64,000 nucleotides of DNA from Pseudomonadota bacterium (GCA_014584465.1 JACTMU010000079.1:8065-72064); one strand, 5' to 3'; counted from the stretch's first letter, positions 19,320-28,446 are shown. Numbers and translations: made by a program. Notes: generated from the sequence alone by a model not told the origin.

Positions 19320-20144
19320 CTACAATAGCTGAGCAATCTTGACGGGCGAGGCGTTCGCTTGAGCCAAGACGGCCACCCCAATGTCGGTCAGCACCTGCCC
19401 CTGCACCAGCTCGGAAATCTCGTGGGCCACATCGGCATCTGAAATTCTCGACTTGGCTGTGGAGATGTTCTCATACTGATTGTCTAGGTTGTTCATGGCA
19501 ATCTGAAGGCGGCTCTGGATCGCCCCAAAATTGGATCTTACGCCCGCCAACTGCTTGATGGCCTCGTCCAGATCGGTGAGGGTTGCGCGAGCGGCGTCTC
19601 TCTTTTCGATGCTCAAATTTTCAATTCCCATAGTGGTGGCTGTTGTATCTGCATTGAGGTTGTACCTAAGCACGTTGAACTCATCGATATTGGCACCAAT
19701 ATGAAACTCAAATTCTCCACCATCGCCGGTCAGAAGTTTCTTTGTACCAAATTGAGTCGTGCGAGCAATACGATCGGACTCTGCAATGAGTTGGGTAAAC
19801 TCTTCGTTCAGAAACTCCCTCTCCACATCGGAGACCGTGTCGCTGGCTGCTTGAACAGCAAGCTCTCTCAAACGAATGGCGATGTTGTTCTGTTCATTAA
19901 GCCCACCCTCGGCGACTTGAATCAAGGACATGGCATTTTCCGCATTGCTTCTGGCCTGCTTGGTTCCACTCAACTGCCCTCGAAGATTTTCAGCAATGGC
20001 AAAGCCCGCGGCATCGTCCTGAGACGATACAATGCGCGAACCGGTTGCAAGTGCCTTTAGGGCGTGCTCCGTCCTCATTTGTGCCTTCCCCAACGCCCTT
20101 TGCGTCGAGATGCTGGCCGTGTTTGACCCAATTCGAATACTCAT
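19320..20144 (-). CDS. fliC: Flagellin (paralog 3)
   Basis: N-terminus MSIRIGSNTASISTQRAL...DDAAGFAI and C-terminus LAQANASPVKIAQLL. Confidence 0.93.
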   Translation of the reverse strand: MSIRIGSNTASISTQRALGKAQMRTEHALKALATGSRIVSSQDDAAGFAIAENLRGQLSGTKQARSNAENAMSLIQVAEGGLNEQNNIAIRLRELAVQAASDTVSDVEREFLNEEFTQLIAESDRIARTTQFGTKKLLTGDGGEFEFHIGANIDEFNVLRYNLNADTTATTMGIENLSIEKRDAARATLTDLDEAIKQLAGVRSNFGAIQSRLQIAMNNLDNQYENISTAKSRISDADVAHEISELVQGQVLTDIGVAVLAQANASPVKIAQLL

Positions 20145-20148
20145 GTCG

Positions 20149-20186
20149 CTCTCCTTGTTGCCCCTCAGTGCAAGGGGTTAGGAGAG
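20149..20186 (-). promoter_or_regulatory. Hairpin in the flagellin 3 leader that sequesters the Shine-Dalgarno sequence
   Basis: The mRNA reads CUCUCC-UAA-CCCCU-UGCACUG-AGGGG-CAACAA-GGAGAG-CGAC-AUG. The anti-SD CUCUCC pairs with the SD GGAGAG. The SD context ACAAGGAG resembles a CsrA site. Confidence 0.5.
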
Positions 20187-20248
20187 TAGCCCACAGATCT
20201 CTCGCACCAGACCCTTTGGGTCCAGTTGCATTTCAGCAGTCACACTCT

Positions 20249-20275
20249 ATTTCGGCGCTCTGCATCATAACTTTA
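20249..20275 (-). promoter_or_regulatory. Sigma-28 promoter of flagellin 3
   Basis: The minus strand reads TAAAGTTA-N11-GCCGAAAT, about 105 nt upstream of the ATG at 20144. Confidence 0.75.
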
Positions 20276-20303
20276 GGGATTTTTTACTTCTTGCGTTATT
20301 TTC

Positions 20304-21017
20304 TTAAAATGATCCATACCGAGAAAATGTATCTCTGTAGATCTCCATAACAAGAGCCATCATCTGTTTCTCAGGATACTGGGAGAGCATGATCCCCACA
20401 CGTGCATGAGTTTCGTTTCGACCTCCGGGTCGAGTTCTCTTGACCAGGCGAACTTCACCTTTGATTCGAAAGAGAACCTCGTCACTTCCTCTCATCAAAA
20501 GAGCTTGGACCTCATCTCCCTTCCCAAAGAGAGGATGATCAGGAAAATCCGCACTCTCCTTAACCAAAATCGCAAGTCCCGCACGACTCAAATCCAAAAC
20601 GGGAAAGACGATGGGTTTTGGCGAACGAATGCGATCCATATAAAGCCTCAGATCGCGACTCGAATGAACTTCAACCCGAAAATCCTTCCTTCTCTGCAAT
20701 CGAAAGATGGAGTCCGAAAGATCCAACGAAAACTGACCATCGTGACGTCTCTCTAAATTGGACTTTAAAAAGAATTGATCCGACTTCAACGAAAACGTGA
20801 CGACGACTTTTCCGAGTTGACTCTCTGAAAAGGCAGGACCGGTTGGTTTGACCACAAGCTTATTGTTGCTCACTCGAACTCCACGGACGGACAGACGAGA
20901 TCGATCTGCACTGGTGCAAGTCAGTTCAACTTCCCCACTACTTATGGCAGTTCGAATCTCTTCAATCTCACTTTGATGTGAGACAGGGACAAAGTCCGCC
21001 TTCTTGCGTTCACCCAA
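20304..21017 (-). CDS. YcgR-like flagellar brake protein (PilZN plus PilZ domains)
   Basis: PilZ motif LQRRKDFR ... VLDLSRAGLAIL with an N-terminal YcgR-type domain. It sits next to the flagellin genes and has a TTG start. Confidence 0.65.
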   Translation of the reverse strand: MGERKKADFVPVSHQSEIEEIRTAISSGEVELTCTSADRSRLSVRGVRVSNNKLVVKPTGPAFSESQLGKVVVTFSLKSDQFFLKSNLERRHDGQFSLDLSDSIFRLQRRKDFRVEVHSSRDLRLYMDRIRSPKPIVFPVLDLSRAGLAILVKESADFPDHPLFGKGDEVQALLMRGSDEVLFRIKGEVRLVKRTRPGGRNETHARVGIMLSQYPEKQMMALVMEIYRDTFSRYGSF

Positions 21018-21174
21018 TGCTCCTCCTAAGAAAAAGATTGAGGTACCACCACCGCCTTGCCATTTCCGTTCTCATGGCAGTTCGGCCATACCACAATTTT
21101 CCAAACAGCCTTCATTGTATTGAGGAGAACGATGGACAGCAACTTGATCTCGATGGCAAAGATACATCGCAGCA

Positions 21175-21522
21175 CTAGGCCGCATGATCGATATAAAGAC
21201 CTTTTGTTTTGATCATGGTGGTCTCAATGGCTTCCATGGTCTGCTGGTACCTTTTCATACCAAGCTCGTGGATGCTGGTCCCCTTGCGTTTGACCTGCTC
21301 TTTTGACCGATCCTTGAACTGCCGACGTTGCTCCTTTAAAAACTCAGCAAAACGCAAAAGTCCATCCTGGGACTCTTCCTCAGTGACATCATCCAAACCC
21401 TCTTGAGATGACGACTCAGAGACCGGTTGAGTCCCCCCACCTGTAAGTGAAGATGGTGCCTCTTGGAACTCACCATCTGGAGCCTCAACCACAAAAAAAG
21501 GGGTGACCTCAGCAACTCTCAT
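21175..21522 (-). CDS. Hypothetical acidic protein with its own sigma-28 promoter
   Basis: 115-aa ORF with an acidic, low-complexity middle and a basic helical C-terminus. I recognise no family for it. Confidence 0.55.
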   Translation of the reverse strand: MRVAEVTPFFVVEAPDGEFQEAPSSLTGGGTQPVSESSSQEGLDDVTEEESQDGLLRFAEFLKEQRRQFKDRSKEQVKRKGTSIHELGMKRYQQTMEAIETTMIKTKGLYIDHAA

Positions 21523-21561
21523 TGCAAAGGCACCTGGATGTTCGTCGACCCATAGTTCTAG

Positions 21562-21588
21562 GTATCGGCAACTATTTCAATAACTTAA
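21562..21588 (-). promoter_or_regulatory. Sigma-28 promoter upstream of the 115-aa acidic protein
   Basis: The minus strand reads TTAAGTTA-N11-GCCGATAC. The -10 lies about 40 nt upstream of the ATG at 21522. Confidence 0.6.
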
Positions 21589-21619
21589 TGCTTAGCATTA
21601 GTTTGGACGCAGGATGGCC

Positions 21620-23524
21620 CTAGATTGATCCACGACCGGAATCACCCACTTGATTTGAGACATTCCATTTCAGATCCGGGTTAAGAGGCCTCACGATCTT
21701 CCCCAAAGAGATCGCCCCCAAAAGCTCCTCTTTTCGAAATGGCTTTGAAATGATTCCATCAAATCCACAGGCCAAGATCTTGTTGCGCTGGAGGGGGTCC
21801 TCAATCCGGTGGGCCGTCAATGCTACTACATAATGACGTTTAAGCTGATTTTCCTCTTCCCACTTGCGAACCATTTTGATGCTCTCATAGCCATTGACGA
21901 CCGGCATTTCGATATCCATAAAGGTGATGTCGATCTCATTTTCTCGAAGTTGCCGAAACCCTTCAAAACCATTTCGGGCCGTGATGATCCCCTTAACAGA
22001 ACTCCCAAGGAAACTCTTCATCAAAATATGCATATCCGTGCTGTCATCCACGACGAGCACCACTTTGTCACTCAAATTGGTCAGGGTGCTCCAATCGCCA
22101 GGAATTGAGTTCCTCCTTTGCTCCTTGAAACCTTTCAACGCCGTTCCTGCTGATGAGCCAAATGGAATTACAAATAAGAAACAGCTACCTTTACCGAGAG
22201 TCGACTCCACATGCAATTGACCTCCATGGAGCTCCACCATCTTTCGAACAATGGCAAGTCCCAGTCCCGAAGAGCTCTCCCCCATGGTGGGTTTATTGGA
22301 CGGACGATGACCCTTTTCTATAAGATTCTTCAACTCCTTCTCTGAAATACCAGGTCCCTCATCCTCAACCCAACATCGAATCGACTGATCTTCACAAAGT
22401 GCCCCCATCACAATGGTGGTCTGAGTCTGAGAAAACTTGATGGCATTGGAGAGTAGATTGTTGAAGACCTGACCCAATCGCATCGGATCTACGAGGACCT
22501 CACCTATTTTTTCGCTCTTCTCCAGACGCAGAACGACCCCCTTAGCCTCTGCCAAAATACGATTGTTTTCAAAACAGTCCTCCACGAAGTGATCAAAATT
22601 CACCATCGATCGTTCGAGGTTCACCTTCCCCTGCTCAATCTGATTCAAATCAAGAAGATTTTCGATCAGATTCAACATGTAGCGCGAGTTTTCCCTCATT
22701 CGGCCCAGGGCTCTTTGAGCCTCCTTGTCAAAACTCTCTGATTTGTTAAAAAGCAAATCACCATAGAGCAGGTTGCTCGACAAGGGGCTGCGCAGATCGT
22801 GCGCAACCATTCCAATAAACTGATTCTTCCGATCATTGAGATCCATAAGTTTTCCATAAAGTAGGCTCTTTTGCACTGCCACCGCGATCTGACCTGCCAA
22901 CCTCTCAAAGTAATCGACGTGAGCAGGTTTGTAAGTATTTTTGGCAAAACTTGAGAAAAAGACGAATCCGATGGGTTCCTCACCTGAAAAGAGAGGACAC
23001 GTCATGCTCGAACGAATCCCCTCGCGTAAGATCAATCGGGTCGAACCCGAACCCGGATTTTCCTTAAGATAGGCTTCAAGATCACTGATGATGCGAGGTC
23101 CACCTTGAGTCAATATCGACTCAAGACTGCTTCCTCTAAGCGGAGCCGAATATCCCTTATCAATGAAGACCGAATCGTTTCGAGTCCAATGCCCTAGCGA
23201 AACCACACGGTCCTTCTTCTCATCAATGATCGCAATTCCAACGCGATCAAAGGGGATTCTTGAAGGAAAGTGTTCCACTAAATACTCCAACACTTCATCC
23301 AAAATAAGTGCCCTATGAACTTTCTCCGACACTTTAAAGAACTCCTGCATCTCACTTTTGCACTCCTGAAATGCAAGCACCATCTTGCGAAGAGCTGTTG
23401 CGATCTGACCGACACGATCTTTACCTCGAACCGCTTCAAGCAATCCTAGATCAGGCTCCCCCTGAATTGCCTTTTGAAAAAAGTCATCCAATATTTGCCA
23501 ACGCCCCTCATCCATTGTTTCCAC
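21620..23524 (-). CDS. Hybrid sensor histidine kinase / response regulator with a GAF-like sensor region
   Basis: H-box MVAHDLRSPLSS, HATPase motifs DEGPGISEKE and GLGLAIVRKMVELHGGQLHVES, and a C-terminal REC domain (VLVVDDSTDM...FMDIEMPVVNGYE). Confidence 0.9.
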   Translation of the reverse strand: METMDEGRWQILDDFFQKAIQGEPDLGLLEAVRGKDRVGQIATALRKMVLAFQECKSEMQEFFKVSEKVHRALILDEVLEYLVEHFPSRIPFDRVGIAIIDEKKDRVVSLGHWTRNDSVFIDKGYSAPLRGSSLESILTQGGPRIISDLEAYLKENPGSGSTRLILREGIRSSMTCPLFSGEEPIGFVFFSSFAKNTYKPAHVDYFERLAGQIAVAVQKSLLYGKLMDLNDRKNQFIGMVAHDLRSPLSSNLLYGDLLFNKSESFDKEAQRALGRMRENSRYMLNLIENLLDLNQIEQGKVNLERSMVNFDHFVEDCFENNRILAEAKGVVLRLEKSEKIGEVLVDPMRLGQVFNNLLSNAIKFSQTQTTIVMGALCEDQSIRCWVEDEGPGISEKELKNLIEKGHRPSNKPTMGESSSGLGLAIVRKMVELHGGQLHVESTLGKGSCFLFVIPFGSSAGTALKGFKEQRRNSIPGDWSTLTNLSDKVVLVVDDSTDMHILMKSFLGSSVKGIITARNGFEGFRQLRENEIDITFMDIEMPVVNGYESIKMVRKWEEENQLKRHYVVALTAHRIEDPLQRNKILACGFDGIISKPFRKEELLGAISLGKIVRPLNPDLKWNVSNQVGDSGRGSI

Positions 23525-24413
23525 CTTTGCTCACGGTCGCACTTTGAAAAAGCACTTCCAAATCCTCAACCGTTTCAACGGCAGCCACCTGCCTTTGAAT
23601 CTCCTGCTCATAAAGCCGCCGAAGGAGAACTCCTGCTTCACCTCGAAGGCGAACCACCGAATTTCGAAACGCCACATCGACCGCGAAATCTCTCTGTGAC
23701 ACAATCCACTGCGCAACCTTGTCGACCCCCTCACCACGTGTGGCCACAGTAGAAAAAATGGGAGATCCTTCGCGATAGATCTTGAGCTCCTGAATGAGAG
23801 ACTCGGCCCCCTCAAGATCACTCTTGTTCACTATGATCAGATCGCCGATCTCCTGGATCCCTGCTTTGATCAATTGAACTGAATCCCCGGCACACGGATT
23901 TAGCACCAGCGCCGTACGGTCGGCCAAGTGGACAATGTCAATCTCACTCTGACCCACTCCAACCGTCTCCACAATGACAAAATCAAATTCGATCGCATCG
24001 AAAACACGAGCCATTAGAAAGGCCGATGCCGCAACTCCGCCAAGATTCCCACGACTTCCAAGGGAACGTGCAAAAAAAATTCTCTCCCACTTTGAACTTC
24101 GATCCGCAAATCGCAGACGATCCCCAAGAAGTGCCCCCTGGGAAAAGGGACTTGAAGGGTCAATTGCCAAAACTGCAACTTTGAACCCTCTTCCACACAG
24201 ATGATCAATCAAACCCGCAAGCAGAGTGGATTTACCCACACCCGGAGCTCCTGTAAGTCCCAAACGAAAAGCCCTTCTCTGAGGACGGAGCATACAGGCC
24301 TCCCGCAACGAAGTCGGACCCATCTCATCCACTAGCGACAAAAGACGACCCAAGCAGGCCTGATCGCCCCCTTTGGATCGCTCAAAAAGGGGCCCAAATT
24401 GGTCACTCATCAA
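23508..24413 (-). CDS. meaB: MeaB/ArgK-type G3E GTPase (methylmalonyl-CoA mutase accessory)
   Basis: P-loop GLTGAPGVGKSTL, IVETVGVGQSE and NKSD motifs. Confidence 0.85.
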   Translation of the reverse strand: MMSDQFGPLFERSKGGDQACLGRLLSLVDEMGPTSLREACMLRPQRRAFRLGLTGAPGVGKSTLLAGLIDHLCGRGFKVAVLAIDPSSPFSQGALLGDRLRFADRSSKWERIFFARSLGSRGNLGGVAASAFLMARVFDAIEFDFVIVETVGVGQSEIDIVHLADRTALVLNPCAGDSVQLIKAGIQEIGDLIIVNKSDLEGAESLIQELKIYREGSPIFSTVATRGEGVDKVAQWIVSQRDFAVDVAFRNSVVRLRGEAGVLLRRLYEQEIQRQVAAVETVEDLEVLFQSATVSKGGNNG

Positions 24414-24619
24414 AGCTCCTCTCTTGTTTTCCTAGCATACTCTAACCTATAGAAATTGCGACCATTTTATGGATCTCACCCCGTTCCTGTCAAACCCATA
24501 GGCAGGGCCCTCCTGTGGGACCTCTCTTAGCCTATTTGAAAGACAATTCAATTCAACCACTTATCCCCTTGGTTCGACGGCACACTTTGTGCGTTCATGA
24601 AGACAGGTAGAAAGGAAGA

Positions 24620-25771
24620 ATGGAGAATAAAAGGTGGATCATAGTCATATTATTTCTCGTCGTTGGTATCGCCACGATTCGTGAAGGACTAAAGAATATG
24701 TCTTGGATGCATCCTGATTCCGCAGCCATTCAAATTGATCTTGGAATGCAGCCCTTTCTGAGCCCCGCAGTCCCTCGAAAAACCAAATACCAAGCAATTC
24801 GAGATGAGGTGGTGGCCAAAAATCTTGAGGAACCTTGCAACGATCCCGCTGGATGCGGAACCCTAACTCCAGAAGGGGATCTTGACGCCCACAAAGAGTC
24901 CGAGGAAGGACCAAAAAAAAAGAAGGGCAAGAACGAGACCGACAAAAAAAAGAAAAAGAAAAAGAAAAACGACAAGGACAAAAAGAAGAAAAAAAAGAAA
25001 AAGAAGAGTTCAAAAAAACGAAAAAAACGTTCCAATGAAGAGATCGCCAAATCAGATGATCCATCTGGAACTTCTCCAAAACAAGATGGCGAGACCGCTT
25101 CACCACGACCTCAAGGCGTGAGCACCATCGTTATCCACAATCCAAAGGACAAAAAAGATCAACAGGACAAGGAAGAGAGCGAGGAGGAACTTATTGAAAA
25201 ATGGAGGGCCGACCTCCTGTCCAAACCCAACCCAGAGAAGGTCAATGAGTTCATTGATCTCTATCTGATTCGCAAGATTCCTGAAAATGTCTTCTATACA
25301 TTGGCCCTTGAGATGGCCTTTGATGAGCGGACCGAAATGGTGGGTTACGGAATTCTCTGTCTCGGGTCCACTCCAAGTGTCAGAAGCTTTCAAGAACTGG
25401 TAACCATTGAATCCAGTTCCGAAATTCCAGATTGGGCCAAATCAGATGCCACTCGTTACCTCCAAGGCTACACCCAACTTCACCATGTGAGACTGCTCAC
25501 ACGCATTCTTACTCAAAGCAAATCCAGTTCCATCACGATCCGTGCGACTCAATTGCTTATGAGTTCAGCCCAACGAAACATTTCAGCTCTGCGATCCCCA
25601 ACAAGCCAATCCTCAGAGGGGAGTATGGATCGCGAAACTCAGACCCGCTCCATTGAGAGTTACAACAATGCCCTTTCAACTCTGGCAAGACTAAGGGAGA
25701 GTCAAGACGGTGACGTGAAAGAAGCAATGGGACAAGCCTATGAGACCATCTCATCCCTTTTGAATGGCTAA
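24620..25771 (+). CDS. Membrane-anchored protein with an extreme poly-lysine tract
   Basis: N-terminal transmembrane segment WIIVILFLVVGIATI. Contains KKKKGKNETDKKKKKKKKNDKDKKKKKKKKKSSKKRKKR encoded by A-runs. The C-terminal half is helical. Confidence 0.6.
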   Translation: MENKRWIIVILFLVVGIATIREGLKNMSWMHPDSAAIQIDLGMQPFLSPAVPRKTKYQAIRDEVVAKNLEEPCNDPAGCGTLTPEGDLDAHKESEEGPKKKKGKNETDKKKKKKKKNDKDKKKKKKKKKSSKKRKKRSNEEIAKSDDPSGTSPKQDGETASPRPQGVSTIVIHNPKDKKDQQDKEESEEELIEKWRADLLSKPNPEKVNEFIDLYLIRKIPENVFYTLALEMAFDERTEMVGYGILCLGSTPSVRSFQELVTIESSSEIPDWAKSDATRYLQGYTQLHHVRLLTRILTQSKSSSITIRATQLLMSSAQRNISALRSPTSQSSEGSMDRETQTRSIESYNNALSTLARLRESQDGDVKEAMGQAYETISSLLNG

Positions 25772-25840
25772 CGAACCGCTTGGCCATTTCCCCCCAAACA
25801 CAAACTACCCAATGAAATGAAAATGGACTAACCTTAAGAG

Positions 25841-26659
25841 ATGAGGCTCCAAAGTGTATCCCACATTCCACTCACTTTTCTCGCTCCTAAAGGATGCACT
25901 CGGAAGATCAGCCTCTTGCTCTTTGCTCTGGGGTTGACTCTTGCTCAAGCTCCAGCAGAGAAGAGCCTTGCCGCCATCGACATTCCTCGAAATCTTGACT
26001 CCACTGACCGAAAGCTTCTCCTTCACAACCTTGGCCTCGGATCCAGCAGCAAAGTGCTCTCCAACCCCTATCCACTCGGTGGATATTCAGGGTTTGAAAT
26101 CGGACTCACTGTGGAGTCCATTTCCATCCGTGACCTCTCTGCACTGGGCGATCAGGCGGACAATCCCAGCACCTTTTCCTTTCCAGTGATTTCCATCGGC
26201 AAGGGGCTCTACAACAACATCGATGTTTTTGTCCACTTCTCACCACTTACAGAGTCCTTTGGATTTTCCGAATTCGGTGCCCTTTTGCGATGGGTCTTCT
26301 TTCAAGCCAAATTCTTTCCCACCACATTTGCGCTTCTCGCTCACGGGAACAGTGCCAATTTCTCAAACAAAGTATCAACCGAAACATCGGGAGTTGATCT
26401 CGTTGCCGGAATCACCATTCGCAGGGTGGCAATGTATCTCGGAGCAGGACAGACAACATCCATTGGAAATTTCGTCGGAGGTGCAAGTGGTGTCACCGAC
26501 ACCGACCTCAGCGGCGAAAGGCCCGACCGCAAAGAGCAGGTTGCCTCTTTCCACTCAGTCATTGGGATGTCGATCCAGTTTGACCGTCTCTTCCTTGCTT
26601 TTCAAATTGATCGGTACCTTCAACCCGCGTATGGGCTCAAGCTCGGACTTCGATACTGA
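25841..26659 (+). CDS. Putative outer-membrane beta-barrel protein
   Basis: Signal-like LLLFALGLTLAQAPA, alternating beta-strand-like pattern, and a C-terminal GLKLGLRY ending in an aromatic residue. Confidence 0.5.
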   Translation: MRLQSVSHIPLTFLAPKGCTRKISLLLFALGLTLAQAPAEKSLAAIDIPRNLDSTDRKLLLHNLGLGSSSKVLSNPYPLGGYSGFEIGLTVESISIRDLSALGDQADNPSTFSFPVISIGKGLYNNIDVFVHFSPLTESFGFSEFGALLRWVFFQAKFFPTTFALLAHGNSANFSNKVSTETSGVDLVAGITIRRVAMYLGAGQTTSIGNFVGGASGVTDTDLSGERPDRKEQVASFHSVIGMSIQFDRLFLAFQIDRYLQPAYGLKLGLRY

Positions 26660-26671
26660 CTGGTTGAACCA

Positions 26672-27154
26672 CTAATAGGAACGAGAACCCGACTGCTTTT
26701 TCCACTCGTCAAAGAGAGCTGAACACTCTTTGGCCATAAAACCAGAGACGATCTTCAAAGGACTTCCACCCTGAGCCGCCATGTCATGATTCGAGATCGA
26801 AAGTTCCGAAAACCCAGCTTGATGGGCATTGCCTATGGAGGCACCAAAGATGACCGCGTCCAATTTGGCCCAGTGACAAGCCGCAAAGCACATGGGGCAG
26901 GGTTCACAGGTCGAGTAGAGCACCGCGCCTGTAAGATCGATGGTATGGTTCTGTTGGCAGCACATTCGAATGCAGGTCACTTCGGCATGGGCCGTCGGGT
27001 CCGAGGTCGCCCACACCTGATTGTGAGCTGCCATCAGGAGCTCGGAACCACGAACAATGACACTCCCAAATGGAGATTGGCCACAGAGAATCCCTCTTCT
27101 GGCAACTTCGATCGCCATCATCATGTATTGAGCATTCGGTGCCAACAGTAACAT
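26672..27154 (-). CDS. CMP/dCMP-type zinc deaminase (TadA / guanine deaminase family)
   Basis: Zinc-binding motifs HAEV and CEPCPMC. Confidence 0.8.
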   Translation of the reverse strand: MLLLAPNAQYMMMAIEVARRGILCGQSPFGSVIVRGSELLMAAHNQVWATSDPTAHAEVTCIRMCCQQNHTIDLTGAVLYSTCEPCPMCFAACHWAKLDAVIFGASIGNAHQAGFSELSISNHDMAAQGGSPLKIVSGFMAKECSALFDEWKKQSGSRSY

Positions 27155-27332
27155 CTGAGGACCAGGCTAGCAAATGAGGACTCCATTGGCAAAGCAAAAG
27201 ATCCGTCTCAAAATGGAACATCGAGGTTTCAAATGAAATATCGTGGATGGATCCTACCCAATTTTGCAACCTTTTCTCTCCCAAAACGTTTCACCCTCAA
27301 GGATCAATACTCTTTTCTCTGGGAGATCTTTT

Positions 27333-28349
27333 ATGAATTCAAGAACTCTACATCTCATCTTGGCCTGCCTGGCTTCTCTGCTCCTCACCCGATGTTCCTC
27401 AAGTGACGGCGGCTTTGAACCCCCCTCAACCGACCCCAAGGTGAATGAGTGCAGCGAAACGGGAGACTCTTCTTGCGGCGATCCATGCACTGAGAATCCT
27501 GATTCTGAAGATTGCAAGGAAGATCCTAAAGATCCCGAGGTCACTGCGAAGAGCTGCAAAGAGCTCTATGAAGATGACAACACCCTCAAAGACGGTGACC
27601 ATAAGATCCTGATCAATGACACAGAAGTGACTGTCTATTGCGATATGACCAACGGCGGTTGGACGGGCATCACCAGTTCCATCGCAGAGGAGCACCTGAG
27701 TGGAACAGCGAATCTGATTGCGGGCAAAACAAAACATGTCTCCTTGGACACGAGCTCAGGCTCATCCGATCAACTCTGTGCCTACGGAAAGAAGGGGTTC
27801 ACCTATCGATATGCATTCAATGTTCCATTTGGATACACTCAGTTCTATTTGAGCGAATATCAAATCAAAGCCAATGGTCAGACCAAGAAATCTTCGAAGG
27901 ACAAAAAGACAACGACGTCGACCACCACCACCACCAGTCCGAAGACCTCCTCATCAACCCAAACCAACACCTGTACTAACGCTGACTGCATGTCTACAAA
28001 ATCGACGACTCTTTCTAAGAAGGATTCCACAAAGAGATACAAGAGTGAAATTGTAGGAAAGAAATTCCAACAGACTGAGTGGGCCGTGGCCTACTCGAAG
28101 AAGAAGGGGGGAACTGGCGATGTCTCCTTTGGATCACCAACCAACTCAGGACCAACCACCTCATTTGCAACCGAAAATGAAGAGAATCAACAATGCGAAG
28201 ATTGCGAGCTCAGTTGGCCTAAAGGTTCGACCCAATATACAGTCTCCACGAGTGAACAGTCCACATTTCAAATCGAGTGGGGTGAATACAGCAAAAAACA
28301 GGTCGAGGGCTGGTGCGCTTGGCACAGTGGAACCATCTTCTTCTACTAG
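27333..28349 (+). CDS. Secreted protein with a fibrinogen-like YCD...GGW domain and a Thr/Ser-rich linker
   Basis: The start is taken at MNSRTLHLILACLASLLLTRCSS (signal peptide). Contains SCKELYEDDNTLKDGDHKILINDTEVTVYCDMTNGGWTGI and the linker KKTTTSTTTTTSPKTSSSTQT. Confidence 0.65.
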   Translation: MNSRTLHLILACLASLLLTRCSSSDGGFEPPSTDPKVNECSETGDSSCGDPCTENPDSEDCKEDPKDPEVTAKSCKELYEDDNTLKDGDHKILINDTEVTVYCDMTNGGWTGITSSIAEEHLSGTANLIAGKTKHVSLDTSSGSSDQLCAYGKKGFTYRYAFNVPFGYTQFYLSEYQIKANGQTKKSSKDKKTTTSTTTTTSPKTSSSTQTNTCTNADCMSTKSTTLSKKDSTKRYKSEIVGKKFQQTEWAVAYSKKKGGTGDVSFGSPTNSGPTTSFATENEENQQCEDCELSWPKGSTQYTVSTSEQSTFQIEWGEYSKKQVEGWCAWHSGTIFFY

Positions 28350-28446
28350 TGGTTCAACCACTAGCACTTCGAAAGCAGTTTTACAGTCCATTTCCATAAT
28401 TCTGCGACACAAATTGCGACGAGATTTCTTGCTACAACTCCAGTCT

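Noticed and set aside
21100-21130. Sigma-28 -10-like GCCGAACT upstream of the YcgR-like gene
   Set aside because: The -35 position (TTTGGAAA) does not resemble TAAAGTTT, and only 5 of 8 positions match in the -10.
21586-21600. Palindrome TAATGCT-T-AGCATTA as a terminator of the hybrid kinase gene
   Set aside because: The stem is AT-rich and only 6-7 bp, with a 1-3 nt loop and no U-tract. It is more likely an operator-type DNA site overlapping the -35 of the sigma-28 promoter, and is mentioned under that finding.
24645-25106. Antisense ORFs (153 aa and 106 aa) opposite the poly-lysine gene
   Set aside because: They are poly-Phe/Ser translations of the complementary T-runs, a mirror artefact of the A-rich lysine tract.
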